Positions 27,159 to 40,900 of a stretch of 64,000 bases of DNA are shown piece after piece (the first letter of the stretch is position 1; each line of letters opens with the position of its first letter). The position numbers and the translations under genes were made by a program. The notes under the pieces are model-generated. The model searched no databases and was not told the origin of the DNA. It was given only the letters and a program-made list of their open reading frames with translations. Origin of the DNA: Eimeria praecox (taxonomy: Eukaryota); NCBI GenBank assembly GCA_963920595.1, contig OY986947.1, positions 5,580,001 to 5,644,000 of the forward strand, given 5' to 3'.

Positions 27159-28611
27159 AGAGCCTTTTCGCGCCAACATTAGGCCAAGCGCCCATCGGCA
27201 ATGCTAGCTTTTGGCGCGTTCCTTGTACCTCGCCGCTCAGGAGGAATTCCCGAAACTACTTTTGGGGGGCATCTACGGTGAAGTGGTTGCCCAGCATGTT
27301 CAGGAAAGGCTCCAATGCGTTGAGGCATGGGAGCTTATAACGCCTTTCCCTGTAATAGAATAATTGATACCTGAGGAAGCAGTAGCTGAAGAACGGAAGG
27401 AAAGCCGGCTTTCACACAGTGACCGTGAATTCGAAAAGGCCCATCCCGAAAGAATAGATTTTTTGGGCTTTGCTTTCGAGTCCTACAAGCACGGCGCTGA
27501 GTACTTGGCGCGCAAGCTAGAGAGAGAAAATATAAATTTCTCATCCACAAAATCAAGGTAATGAGGAGACCCCACATTTGCACAAATCAACAGGCCGCCG
27601 CCCCGAAACTGAGGGTGAAGTGCCCAAGCACAACAAGGAGCTCCTGCTTTTCTTATGCAGGTGCATTTAGCCAGAGGGTCCAAGCACTACAAGTACTATC
27701 CGAAGATTGCTATTAGATGCATAGAATGGTCCACAGGCACACAGATACAAACGGTTGCACGCAGCGGCTTCCTTTGGAGAAAAACGGAAGAGGAGTCGAA
27801 ACCAAGGAGTCGTCTGCAAGGAGCTAAGAGCTTAAGGCAGACCTCAAGTAATCCCGCAGGCGTTGCATGTGACAAAGCATCGCACATATTCATATTGGCC
27901 AGTGTGCGTGTTCTTGCACAGATAGTGCTCTCTGTGCCTGTTATGGGTACCTTCTTCAGTGGTGCATTTGTCCCCTAGCAGAAACTCGTAAAACTGCGGC
28001 CGCCTCAATTCTTTCAGCACTTCACTCAGGCTCGGTCCGAGGGTCAACAGAGCTATTGCCTTGGCCGTTAAACGTCGTGGCTGCCGACTTTTACCTGCCT
28101 CTGAATTTTTACAGGTGCATAGAATTCAACTTGGGAATCTTAAACATGCTGAAACTTACCTAGTAAGCGCAGTAGGCTGCCATAAACGCACGATAAGTGC
28201 GTATTCGCTGGTATATGTGACCCGCACTTAGGTGGCACAGCTTAGCAATGTGTGGAATCTAAAAATTACAAACTGGAAGTTACTGAAGATTGTGGGCAGA
28301 ACAGCAAGAGCTCGTCTGCTTCAATAATTAGGAATAGGACAGAGTAAATGAAGGGCGCCGCCTTTAAAGGAGGGGAGTTCAGGTTTGCGAATGCGTCAAA
28401 GGATGAAAAGGGAAACGGATTCTCTAGCTATTGAGACCCCACTGTAACAGCTTAGGTGTTGTCGACAAGTTCATGTATGGCTAGTGCATGGCACAGCATC
28501 TAGGGGACTTCCGGGGAGGATACTTGTCATTAGGGTATTGGCCCGGTCATCCTTTTCTATGAAAGTCGGGTCCTTGCATTCCTAAATCGTCACGCTTGCA
28601 TACGCCTCCAT

Positions 28612-31600
28612 TCATACGGCATTCGCGGCCTCTGCGCAACTCTGCGCTGGGACTACATCTGGCGATGCTCGCATGACTTCAATCTGCAACAGGGACAACA
28701 AAAAAGCAGCACACGCAGCAAAAATTACCAAAGGAACTTCAGCACCGTACCCAGTACTTCCTTGACTCTTGCTTGTTTAAAAATTCGGCTCCAAGCGAAA
28801 GGTAAAACAAGCACCCAGCGACAATCCTTACCTTATAGCGGACCCGCCGAGAGGATATTAGCCCCCATGAGTTGTCAAAGGAGAGAATCAAAGTGCCCTC
28901 TTGCTCCGCACTAACAACGCCACTCACTCGCCTGACACAGACATGATTTGTGAAGAGCGTGGCTCCAGAATGTGTTAAAGATACTTCCCCAAACACGCAA
29001 AATGCATCTAAGGTTTGCGCTTGGCAACATTCTCCAAGCAACTCGACGTATGTGGGCGGGGTGGCATGATGCCGAAGCTGCGTGGACGAGCTCACTTGCG
29101 GGGAGGGTATTTGCGGTGCTCCTCAAGAATGCTCTCACTTCCGGACTGCAGTTGCACGAACACCCAAAAGGTGACAAATATCTGAAGTGTGCATAAAGCG
29201 GCCAAAGGATGCCGTGTTCCTCAACAATCTGCGCTAATGGCCTTTCCCCCCATTTACCTGAGATCTCCAGATCGCGCTGAATCCCACATCGAAGTCTTCC
29301 GCCACCCATGCCCATTGCACAACGGACTTCTGGGGGATCTGCACAAATTGACAGAGGCGACTGAAATGTATGCATGCCTCCATGGACTGTAGGAACTAGC
29401 AGTGCTGCTGACGTCCAGTGCAATGCTCATTGGCCCACCGGGCCTTATATTCGAAAGCTGAGCGTACCAGCTCCACTGCTTGGTTGCACCGCCTTGCTCC
29501 CACATTAAGAATCATACTTCCAGGACCTAAATCTGTCTCTCTGAAGCGGGAATGCACGCCATCCATCAATTTGGACCTAATGAGTATTGAGGTGTTTATG
29601 AATGCGCATTGTGGTTTGATTTCGTATGGAGGCAAGGAAAGTCAAGCTGCGTGATCTGAAAAAGTAGTAGGCGACAGCACGATGTGCAATCCACACAGCA
29701 GCATGCATTGGCTTCCACAGGCATAGAAGTATGCACTGCCTTACAGTGGGGGAACGTCCGCCAAGGAAGAAGTGCAAATGCCACCCAGAGATGGAGGCAG
29801 GGCGTAGCCCCCAATATTCTTCACTAAAACACTTTCCGCATCACTGCCTGCAGGCAACCAACACAAATTAAGGATCCAGTCAGGCAGATGCAGCTCACTG
29901 AGTAGCTGCTACATCGCTTAGACCCAAAACCATCAAGTTCCTGATTACAACCGTATTATTCAATGCGGCCGAAGACAATTTGCAGATCATGAGGCTTACT
30001 CAATAGCTTGATCTTGTTGATGGTCCTCTCCCTCAGCCATCCGCGGATGGCAGACCAAAGCGTTGAAAATGTGCGGGGAGTGTTGATGAAGTACATTGTG
30101 CCGATGGATTCCGGATAGTTTTCGCTTGCTGAACTAATTGTCCTCCTCAGCAAACTGGACAACATCGCAAGGCAAAGTGATGGTGCCTGAAGTGAACCAG
30201 CCTAGCCAATGCTAGTATGTGCACAGATATCTGCATATACACGTATACGAGGACTGCGCAGACACCGCCACAGTTCAATGTGTACTAATATCCCCACTTG
30301 AGCGCTCGTCGGTTCAAAATCCGCGTGGAGAGGCCTTGCAAGTCGATAACTGCGGTTACACGAACCATTCTGTTGAACTTGCGAGACAACCTGCGGGCAC
30401 ACCTCAAGTGTCAGAGGATCAAACATGTGGCCCATCTTGCTCCATAAGACTCATCACTGCGTGCCGGCTCAGCATACTAAAGCTCAACGTTCCATACACC
30501 GTCCCTAAAGATGAAGCTGCAAAATGCCTCTACCTAGAATCAGTACGCATGTGTATTCTACTGAATCGATGCAAAACCCACACGTCAAGGAGCATACAGC
30601 GGAATTCCAAAATATCCGAATGCCATCCGAGAAACTCTTCTTCTGAAACTGCCGAAAACAGGCCATTAACGTCCAGCAGTCCTGCGCATACGCAATTCGT
30701 GTAGTAAAGCAACCGCTCTCCACTTTCACTAAGGAAGCGCAAGACATCAACAGGCCGCCCCTACGAGAGCGGACTTCGACGCAAAACTCAGACGGCAATT
30801 CCTGGAAGAGGTCACCTATATGGACACCAGACAGTAGGCCATCGGTATCTGCGTCCTTTACTCCCCTTCGGAATCTCGAAAGGAAAGAAGTCATTATGGG
30901 CTCACAAATACAAGTACTACTGCTCCAAGTACTAGAGGAATAGGCTATCTAACCTGGCCGCTCTATAGTAATTATGTTTCCTTGTTTATCTAGAATCACC
31001 GCATCTAGCGCCTTGTCACTGAGGGCCTGCAGCAAACTATTCCCGCCTCCCGGTGCGCTAGCCGCAACAGCAGCTGCAGCACAAACGTCTAGGCCTGGGC
31101 CTCTTCCATCGTCACGACGCAGAACAGGATTTGTGGAAAAAAATCGAGTGACCTCTGCGTGCTTTGGGGAGGCCTCAGGTCTCATAGGCAGCAGCATTGA
31201 TTCCTACAGCACGCAAATGACGCACAGCAAGCACGGCCACAACAGCAAAAGCAAGTAGAGCAAGGGCAGCTTCATAAGACAGTCTTGCATCCAGCCAGAT
31301 CTTAGGAGGTAAGTCAAGGACGATGCCTTCGGCGTGTGACCCTCAAGATATACATACCACGACAGCTCTCCTCTTATCAGAATTAAGGTTCATTTCCTCT
31401 CTCCACTTCATGTGGCGCCTATAGGCGTTGTTGGCGGCTGTAGCATCGTAGTCAAAACCTTGCAAGTACCGCAGCAGGCGAGTACTGCCGGCTAACTCGG
31501 GCACCTCCGGATAAGCGTCACCTGGTGCTGACGGTGCAGTTTCGGCGTCGGACGTTGCAGAAGCACCTTCAGCATACTTAAACGTCTCATCCGCTGGTGC

Positions 31601-31996
31601 TTTAGCTGCGGATGGCTCCTCCTTCCCTTTGCTGGGTCGGCTGAGCGTGCGGCTGATGAAGGCGGACTTGCTACGAGTGTATGATGGGGAATCCACTGCT
31701 GCCTCTGCGCTGCTGTCGGATGCCTTCAAGCCCCTTAGGAATTCATTTCTGGCCACCCTAGCACTTTCCGCAAAGGCTTTAAAGGCTTCCAATTGCTTAG
31801 CTGAAGGATTTGCAGCCAGGAAGAACTCTGGGGGTTCCTCAACCAGCCGAAAATCACCCTCACAAGGCGCCCTGCTGCTCCGGTCTGCCAAGGCCTCTGG
31901 TTTTTCATCTTTGGAGAGTCCATTTGGGGATTCAAACACCTGATGCGCTGGGGAGTCAGCCGCAGCTGCTATGCGTTTCTCGCCTTCCTGCTGCAT
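28612..31996 (-). CDS. Sec14-like CRAL-TRIO plus GOLD domain lipid-binding protein (multi-exon)
   Basis: CRAL-TRIO_N LLRYLQGFDYD..AYRRHMKWREE; DKQGNIITIERPG; SENYPESIGTMYFINTPRTFSTLWSAIRGWLRERTINKIKLL; GOLD GTLILSFDNSWGLISSRRVRYK|IEVM..AV*. Confidence 0.9.
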
Positions 31997-33073
31997 TTCC
32001 CCAACGCGTAGTCCGCGCGGCGCGGATGGTTATTAGAGAGAGCTCTCAGCGCTAAGCCCGCAACTCCGTCGACAAAATGCACACCAAGATGAGCCGTTCA
32101 AGGGCCTAAAATGTAAAACTGGTGCAGCTGAAGTAGCAAACAAAGTTGCTCATCACGGAGCCTACGGCCACCAATTTGAGCGCCAGTCTGGGCAACCAAG
32201 ATTCATGGAATCGAAAGATAATGTGTTCAGGATTCATGGTTTGTCTGTACACTGCCAAATGGAGCTCGTGGCATTTGTGTCGTGGGCCGGCTGGTGCTGC
32301 CGGACTTGAGTTCAAGCGCAATTAACGACTCAACCCAACTATATGCGTGCCTGGAGAGCTGTAAAGTGGGTATTGTTACTTGAACAGATGATGTAAACGA
32401 AGTGTATGTGCCTTACACTGCTTTATGTGGCCAGACACAAAATATTACATTCGACGGGGGGGCCCAGTGACCTCGCAGCGGCCGCTCATATGCCCACCAG
32501 AGATATAAGCATTAACAACATGTATGCATTTTGCAAATCGTTGAAAAATAGTATACGAGAGAGGAATAAAGGTAAGCTTTCAGAAGTTGTGAGGTTCTCA
32601 ACTGCTGCGCTGCTCGGGCCGCAGCCCTACACAACTCGTGGGGAAGGAAATGTCGGGGCTTTATCCTGCCAAATCCCATACTTCTTGGCCTCTATATATT
32701 TTACTCTATTGGTATGATTAAACTATATTCCGCTGTCTCGCTTGCTGCTTTAAGTTACCTGGTGTACTCGGGTCACGAGCCCCAGCCAACGCGTCGGGTT
32801 GGGTTGGGTGTTGTTGGTAACGGCGAATACACAAGGCGCACGCCGCAAGTGGCAAATTTTTGACTAATTCAGAAACTTTTTTCTACGTATGTGTTGAAAT
32901 ACCTTCATAACGAGACTGAGGGAAGCCCACTGCACGTAATGCGAAGTGCCAGAAGCCCAAACCCCAGCTCAGACCCTAAAGCTGCCAAAATGCCATGATC
33001 CTTTTCAAGTAACATGAGCCGCAGCTGAGCGAAGCCTGAGATTTGAGTGACGAAGCGCGTAAAGTTGTATGTT

Positions 33074-33401
<328 letters not shown>

Positions 33402-34184
33402 TAAGATGTATTATTTCCTAGCCGGAAGGTAGTTGGCGCAGAACTCAAAATGGTGCATTCCTTTGGGCTGTCAGGGGCAACAGGAGGCCGTTGTTCATTT
33501 TAGTTACCCGTGCTAGGTGTGCTTGCGGGGTGCTTTCGTCAATGAAGTTTAGTTACATGCTTTATAGAGAATGTCACTGAATATTGGTACTACAGGCGCA
33601 TGTGTGAGTCCTGGACGACTTTTGTCATTGGTTCGTCTTGCTCATTATCATTCTGCACTGCCTTTGGCTTCTTTGTCCGGGACCTCCTGGCCTACGCCTG
33701 CAAGTGGTGCACCCTCGAGGGTTACTTGCGACCATAATGTTGTCCAGACCCCCCCAACAGTCGCCATTTCCAACCTGAGCACTCTGACGAATGGAGACTG
33801 TTTGCTTGCCGTATCCCGGCCGGAACTGGCAAGCACTGACAACGCTACAGCCTTTAGATTTCGCCGTTAAAGCAAAGCAGACAGTGCAAGCTGTGGAGGA
33901 GAAAACGAGCTATTCGAGCTGCAACGATGGTGGAGAATACGTAGTTGTTTATGCGCAGACTTACTGCTGGCTATGAATGGTTCATTTTCTTATCCGTCAA
34001 ATCTGTGGCTCTTGGCAGCTTAGTTACCTACAAGTCTCATTTTCCTGAGGCGTCCCAAAGTAGTTGGCTTAAGTCTACTTTGTCGAGAGGTTTCAAACAC
34101 TAGTGCACTTCGGTTAGTAGCATTGTATAATTGCGCCTATCGATGCATAAAGGCAAGGTAGGATTTTGCAGTTTGAAGTGAAAT

Positions 34185-34979
34185 TTATGTGGAGGAGGCA
34201 CTCTGCTGACTGTGCGCAGCTTCTCTCAATCGATTAGCTTTGAATTTCTCGATTGGCCCGATATTATATAGAAATGCATCAGCTTCCCTTTTGCTCCGCA
34301 CTTCGACGAAAGTATCTGGAGTGGATGGCAGGAGGTGGCTACTAATGCTAGATACGAAATTTCCCACATTGTTCATTTCTTCGGTAACTGCCTCCTGCTC
34401 GTCACCCTTTTTTCGGATGACAAACCGGATCTCGTTTAGACGCCCATCCATCCGTGCTGCTCCCCGCTCGTCTAAGGGACGCGTGTGCGTCCCAGCGATG
34501 TTCAGTTCCACAGCCAAGGCGTGGTACTGCTCATCAACCTTTTGGCTTTGGGCCTCCATCTCGACCAGCAGCATCTGAAGGTATTCTATCCTTCCTTGAA
34601 TTTTCCGTTGCCTTTCAGCTGCGTTTAGTGGATCAAGCATGGCATTGAATGGAAAGGCCTGTAGTACAAGACTGGCGTTGGGGAATAGCTCCTGAAGCCG
34701 CGTGTTGGTGCGCCGTCTCTGTTGCCTTTCAGGCCTTCTCAGCGCAAGCATCTGCGCTTCTAAGTGCGACAGTTCAATATGGGCTGTGTGTTTCAGGAGG
34801 AAAAACCGATATTGGTCCAGGGAATGCACAGATGCAAGGCGTTCGGCGATACTCCGAGATATCAGCACCTGGTGAGGGGGGGGCCCAACCCAATAAATGG
34901 ATTTGTTCACCCACATGGATGCACGATTGTCCTGCATCCCCTTGGAGCTGAAAGAAGCGATACTTTCCAAAGAAACCAC
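34185..34979 (-). CDS. Hypothetical, probably helical/coiled-coil protein (264-aa ORF; true start uncertain)
   Basis: Uninterrupted non-repetitive ORF rich in E/Q/R/L, with a disrupted paralogue at 12866-13450. Confidence 0.55.
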   Translation of the reverse strand: MVSLESIASFSSKGMQDNRASMWVNKSIYWVGPPPHQVLISRSIAERLASVHSLDQYRFFLLKHTAHIELSHLEAQMLALRRPERQQRRRTNTRLQELFPNASLVLQAFPFNAMLDPLNAAERQRKIQGRIEYLQMLLVEMEAQSQKVDEQYHALAVELNIAGTHTRPLDERGAARMDGRLNEIRFVIRKKGDEQEAVTEEMNNVGNFVSSISSHLLPSTPDTFVEVRSKREADAFLYNIGPIEKFKANRLREAAHSQQSASST

Positions 34980-36514
34980 TTGAACCTGAGTACAAAATAT
35001 CGAAGCATACAGATTAAGATGGTGCTACGGCCACTCAGAAGCGCTGGCCCGTTGCCGTATGCTGTGTATCCGTAAAAGGCGCTCGTACCCACGGCAGTGC
35101 TTACGAGCTGGATATATATTACTCTGAAGAAGACAAATCAGAAGTTACAGAAAAATTGTAGGCAAGACAATAACAAAGCAACAAGAAGGGACTCGTTGAG
35201 GGAAGAGTTTCTCAACAACGGGAATGGGGCATGCACTGTGAACGTTTGCAAATTGCACATGCCGTCTAAGCCATAGGAAACCAAAGAGGATAATATATGA
35301 GCTCTTAAGATTGTTCTAAAATGAAACGAAGCTGTTTGCGATGGGAACAACGTGGGATCATTTGAGGACAATACGAATGGAGCCACGCCAAAGTATGCCC
35401 CATTATGCCGGCATTTCCACCGTGCTTCCGGCATCTTTCAAGGATAATATTTGACAGATTTACCTGTGGTTTAATTGCCGTGGGATTTTCAGCCTTAGAT
35501 ACAGTTGCTCGGAGGAGAGAAAATTCCGTTGTGGCCCTTTAGCCTTTGGGCGACGCGTCCGCCAGTGCGGGTAGGCCTGCGAAAATGGCGATGATGAAAG
35601 CTTTTCACAGAGTTTAGCTGGGAATTATTTTTATTGAAAAAGTATGTTGTCTCTTGAACTGTTAGGTCTTGAGGCGAGCTGGAAGATAATCAAGGCGAGG
35701 GGCAATTTCGACAGGGCGACGAGCAAAGTGACCCCAGTGCGACTTCGGCTCTTTGGAGAACACAGATTGCTTCCAACTAAAAGCATCACAGGAAAACCGT
35801 TATAAAAAGGCTATTTACAAAGCTTTCTCGTAAATGCATTGCAATCATGATGTGCGTTACCAGCAGCAGAACTGCTGCCCGGCCAGTCCGCTTGTGCTTC
35901 GGACCTGTCCGGCGGTTTTGAACCGTGACGGCTCGCCTGCTGTGATTAGCCAAACGATACTGCTGCCTCTACTTTTAGGATTTCGATATTAGTTGACGCT
36001 GGCAATTTGCCATTTAACTGAAGCTCGTAGGATTACTTCGGATCGCCCTGGTGGAAAGCCACGCAAGACAACTTGCCCTTGCCATGCCCGGTCCACTGCG
36101 GGAAAGTGTCTGTTATATACGCAACAAAGCAAATAAGAGGACTTAATGTTCAGCCCTAAACTATTCGGTTATTCCTTGCATAGACTGCCGCACCATCTCC
36201 ACGTGGGATAAATAAACGCGTTATCACGCTGCTTGTAGTAGGCCATCCGAAGTCTAGCAGTCGTGCTTGGCGGTTAAACATCATCATATTGCAGATATGC
36301 TGCATAGGAACAATGCCAGATGAAGGGAGAAAGCCCTTCTATGTTTTGTTGAACGCATCCAAGGTGTACAGCACCGAAATTGCGCCAAGGTATGAGACTG
36401 GAAGCAAGCAAGGATAAGCAGCGCTCGTTATCGAACCACGTAGCTGGCATGCTAATGGGGTATGGTAATTCCATCCAGTCTCATCTTCACAACTACAATC
36501 TCCTCGAACACCGC

Positions 36515-36587
36515 GCGGGCATGGTCTAGTGGCTATGACGTCTGCCTAACACGCAGAAGATCCCGGGTTCGATCCCCGGTGCCCGTA
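36515..36587 (+). tRNA. tRNA-Val (anticodon AAC)
   Basis: Acceptor stem GCGGGCA/TGCCCGT; D-arm TGGTCTAGTGGCTATGAC; anticodon stem TCTGC/GCAGA with loop CTAACAC (AAC at 36548-36550); T-arm CCGGG-TTCGATC-CCCGG. Confidence 0.97.
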
Positions 36588-37939
36588 TTGAGCATGACGT
36601 TAGCGTTTGGATGCTGCATTGTCTGCTTTCACACATGAAGGGTTGCAAAGCATCATACATAGGCTTTATGCCTGAGCTGCAACTGCAGGAGACAGTGCTA
36701 TGTGAGCACTGCGTCATGCCGAGTGTTACCAGCTAATATGTTTGTGATGAAGGTTTGGCGCAGCCCGCCACTGCAAAGTGAGTGTCCCCTGCAGCAGTAG
36801 AAGGCTTAGGCGCCTTGTAACAACTATAGTCGGGGCCGCCACAGCCTGGCAACTTTATTTTGGAATCACTGACGGCCATGCGGTTAAAGCATTAAAGGGA
36901 GCTGTAGCAAGGCTACAAAGGCATCTGCCGTGTAAGCATTTTTCAGTAGGCCAAAAAGCGCGGAACAAGTTGAACAAAAAGTTCCCACGACTGCAGAGCC
37001 ACGTGCAAATTCGGAGCTCCCTTGATGCCGACAACTTCAGCTCCACAGATACTAACCCGCACGCAAACACCGAAACAAATACTAAAGCCATGCATATGTA
37101 CCGAATGTGTATATTCGAGCACCTGTTACACATACAGATGCACGCACCAAGCGCGGCCAGAAACGCTTCGCAGGAGAACGAATCCCCAGTTTAAGGGGAA
37201 GCTGCCGTACTGCACCATGAGTATTGCAGTTATGCAGCACCCAGCCAGACCCAGCAGTGTTAAGCAGACACCAGAACTGCCCGCAGTTGATTGAGTGAGT
37301 TGGGGGACCTCAGGCTGTACAGAGTTAAGCAAACCTAAACAAGACTTCGCATGCTTCTTGCTACTGTGCAGAGTACATGAATCTCCTGTCTTGGTATCTT
37401 CGGTACCCTTAACCGTGCTCACTTCGGCCGGCTTTTTTTGCCCTCCGAGCAGAACTATCTTCCGCGTTATTTTCCGCATGGGGTGGAAGAAAGGGATGCA
37501 CAGGTGGGAATGCGCATCTAAACGTGCCAACTGCTTTTAATGTGCAGATAAGGCCTAACGATGAGTAAGAACCAGAAGCACACTGCAGGGTACCAGAATG
37601 TAGATATCTACGGGTAAATATCCAGCCTGTTTGCCATCATGGACTTGGAAGCCAGCTCAGTGAGCAGCAGCTCTGCCGAAATACGTTCCAAGTGAAAAGT
37701 GACAGTTTCAGCAAGACAGACGCGGCCCAAACATGGCCCGTGACGAACAGGGCTTTCAACTTGGAACACCTTCACCCCTAACTTTAAAAAATGGTGCTTC
37801 AAATGCAGTCGACCGCTCACCCGTCCTCACCGGTCACTCCCGTTCCCCCTGGCAACTGCCTTGAGGAGTCTGACTCCCGCAGCGAATGTGAGACTTTTGC
37901 CGCTATAGCATCTAATCTTCATGAAGCTATCTTCACTGT

Positions 37940-40900
37940 CTAATGAAATGAGGTTGTTTCCGCTTCAAACGCATAAGAAACAGCATCCCCGAAGCATTCC
38001 TTGTTAATGCAGGCCTCTCCCGTGTTTGCTGCACCTGTCGCAGATCGTCGGTCTGCAGGTGCTGGCTGCGGCGGGAGAGCCCGCTCGTCTTCGACGAGTT
38101 CCCAGTCTTCAAGCAAAGGAGGCCCAACGCAATGGAGCGCATCCTCACCTCTGTGGGCCCTGCCGGAGGTATTTGCCTGGTGCAGCTGCTGCAGGTCGCC
38201 CTCACCAGCTCCTTGAGATTCCGGCGAACCCCTTAAAAAGGAACCCAGCCCATAGGCCATGCGGGACAATACGCCAGTACTCGCCTGAGACCCTCTCTCG
38301 AACTCTTCAGGCGTCCAGCCAAGACGGGCAAGGGCTTCTTCATGCTGAGCTTGGCTGATGGCCCGTTTTCTGCGAAACTCCTCTAGCATCTTCCTTTCGC
38401 CGGTCTGTACAACCCCGTCAGCGAACACCCCGGCTAAGAATGCGTCGTAGCTAAGAATGGCAAGCCGCGCTGCTTGGGCCCTTGAACGGTTAACTAGCAA
38501 GGTCGTCAGACCTTGAACAACAGGGAAACCAAGATTTCCAGGTTCTCGTAGCACGAAGGCGGCCAACTCTTTCAAATCTAGACAAAAGACGGTTGTCTCT
38601 GTGATGCACGTGGCCGTGGAGGGAGCCGTAACAGTTCCCTCCTCCCGTGCTCCATCTACGTCATCTGATTCCCCCTTTACAGGCGGGCTGCGCTCATGGA
38701 GCGGCGGTTGTCGTTGTGGCCCTCTCTCTGTGCTGGTCCTCCTGTTTTGTGACACCTCACTCAAGCTAGCTGCATCGGCTGCGGCTGCAACTGCAGCCGC
38801 AGCAGCCGCTGCTGCGGCTTCGGCAACATGCCGTGCGCCTTCTGCAGCGGAAGAAACCCCACCTTGAACAAGAGCGGTGGCTGTTGAGGCTTTTGCGGGG
38901 GTCCGTGCAGGTACCTGCGTTTCAGGTGCTGGTGGTGCTTCGTTTAAAAGGGCGGTCGCTGCATGTGTGCGCACTGCAGCAGCAGCAGTCGCCGCTGCTT
39001 CTGCGGCTGCAACAACGATGCTTATGCCAGGTGAGGGTTCCTCTCCACTATCCAGAGTGCCATTTGACCCAGAACTAGCACATGAAGGTGCTTTTACAGC
39101 ACTTCGTTGTCGCGGAGACTCCGACGATGACTGTGACGATTTCTCTGACAGCTTCTGTTGGGATAGTTGCTCGTGCTGCCTGCTGGTTTTGCCATTCTGA
39201 CCTGCCACGAATGCCCTTGACTTAGGGGCTACAGCCCTCTCGGTATTCCCTATCACCTCACCGTTGTCAGCCCTCCCCCCTCCTTCCTTTGTGCAGCGTT
39301 GCTGCTGCTGCTGTGACTGCTGCATTTGGTTTTTCGAAATTCCTTGCTGGATGTCGCACCCAACCACGACGGCTGGCACTATCTGCTGAGGGCGCTGAAG
39401 CCCCTCAGGGGATTCGTCCGCATGACTGGCCAGCGTCTCAGGTGAGCTTACTGCCGTATGCTTGACACGCTTCGCTGATAGTCTCCTCAAGTCTGCAACA
39501 TAAGAAAGAAATGGCTCTACACCCAGCACTGCCCCTGTTTCTCCCCCTCGGTAGGTGTCCACTATTTCTCCTCCTTGAGATATCTCCACAGCCCCTCTCG
39601 CCACAAAGCACAGCATTTCGCAGTTGCTGCCTTCCTGCTGCAAAACGTAACCTTGCGGAAAGGTCCGCCAACTGCCCTGCCTGAGCAGTCGACGAAACTG
39701 CCTCGGACTCATCCCCGCAGGAAGGAAGTATCTTTGAAATATATCTAGTTCATCCGAGCTAAACGAAACCTCCCGGTGCTCCGTATGGACACGCCATAGC
39801 ATCACTGTGTTTAACACCAAAAACACCACATTCCACAAGGCTGCATCTGTCAGGCGGGGCCGTCTTGACCAATTATAGGAGAAGTAGCAAAATCCTGCAA
39901 GCAAATTAAACGTCCGCAGTAGCCGCATGTCCGCCATCAGGGTCGCCGTGAGAGACAGCAGAGACCCCGCTGTGACCACTACGTTCCCGTTGCGATAAGT
40001 CCACTCAGAGAGGGTGGTGCAATACGGAGCCAAGAAAGCGCGCAACTGTCCGTAGAGCGTACTAATGCGCTGCCGCACGAAACATATTGGAAGGGGTCGC
40101 CGTGCAGGGCCTGCACGTGAGGTCCCCCGGCCTGCTGCCTTGTTTAGCGGCGCTGCTGACTCTGCGGCAGCACGCCCGGCCGCAATTCCCTTCTGGAATT
40201 GCTCTTCTTTTGCTTGCTCTGGCAGATGGTGCCCCTTAACTACCTGTTCTTGTACAGCGTCCGGAGGTGATGCGTCCACCATACTGGGCAAGACGTCTTT
40301 TCTCCCATCTTCATTTTGGTTTCCACTCTGGCCCTCGAAGCCCTGCAGAGCGCCTGAACCGGCGGCCCCTGCAGGCTCGCTCTCAGGAGGGCTTGCTGGT
40401 AGTGACCCTTCGCAGGAGGCCCCATGCACCACCGCATTTTCCTGCTTCGTTGTTGCCTTCAACTCGGTTGTTTGAATAGAGTCATGCTCTTCATGCTGCT
40501 GTTGTTGTTGCTGCTGCTGGCACTCTGGCTGCTGCTGGAGCTGCTGCGGTGCTGTGGCCGCTCGTAGCTGCTCGCCCACGACTGGGCCTTCTTGAAGCAG
40601 TTGCTGCTGCAGAGTTTGCAATTGTTGTTGTCGCGCATGCATAACCTGCCGCGGCCCCACCACTGACTGCGCCTTACTGAAAGGCCTCCAGGAACGGAGC
40701 AAAACCCTAGGAGGGAGCCGGGGCCTCTGACCGTTGTGCGTCCCTCCCGCTGCAGCAGCAGGTGTCGATGCGGGTATAGAAGCCGAAACTGAGCAGGTAC
40801 GCGCCTGGCGCCCTGGCTGCCCAGCTCGGCGGAACAGCGGCTTCAACAGTCGCTTAATGGCCTTATTAAAAAGGATTGGGAACTGGAAGTCCATTGCTCC

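Noticed and set aside
27340..28050. Coding-like fragments (AFESYKHGAEYLARKLE)
   Set aside because: Short, interrupted by stops, no recognisable family.
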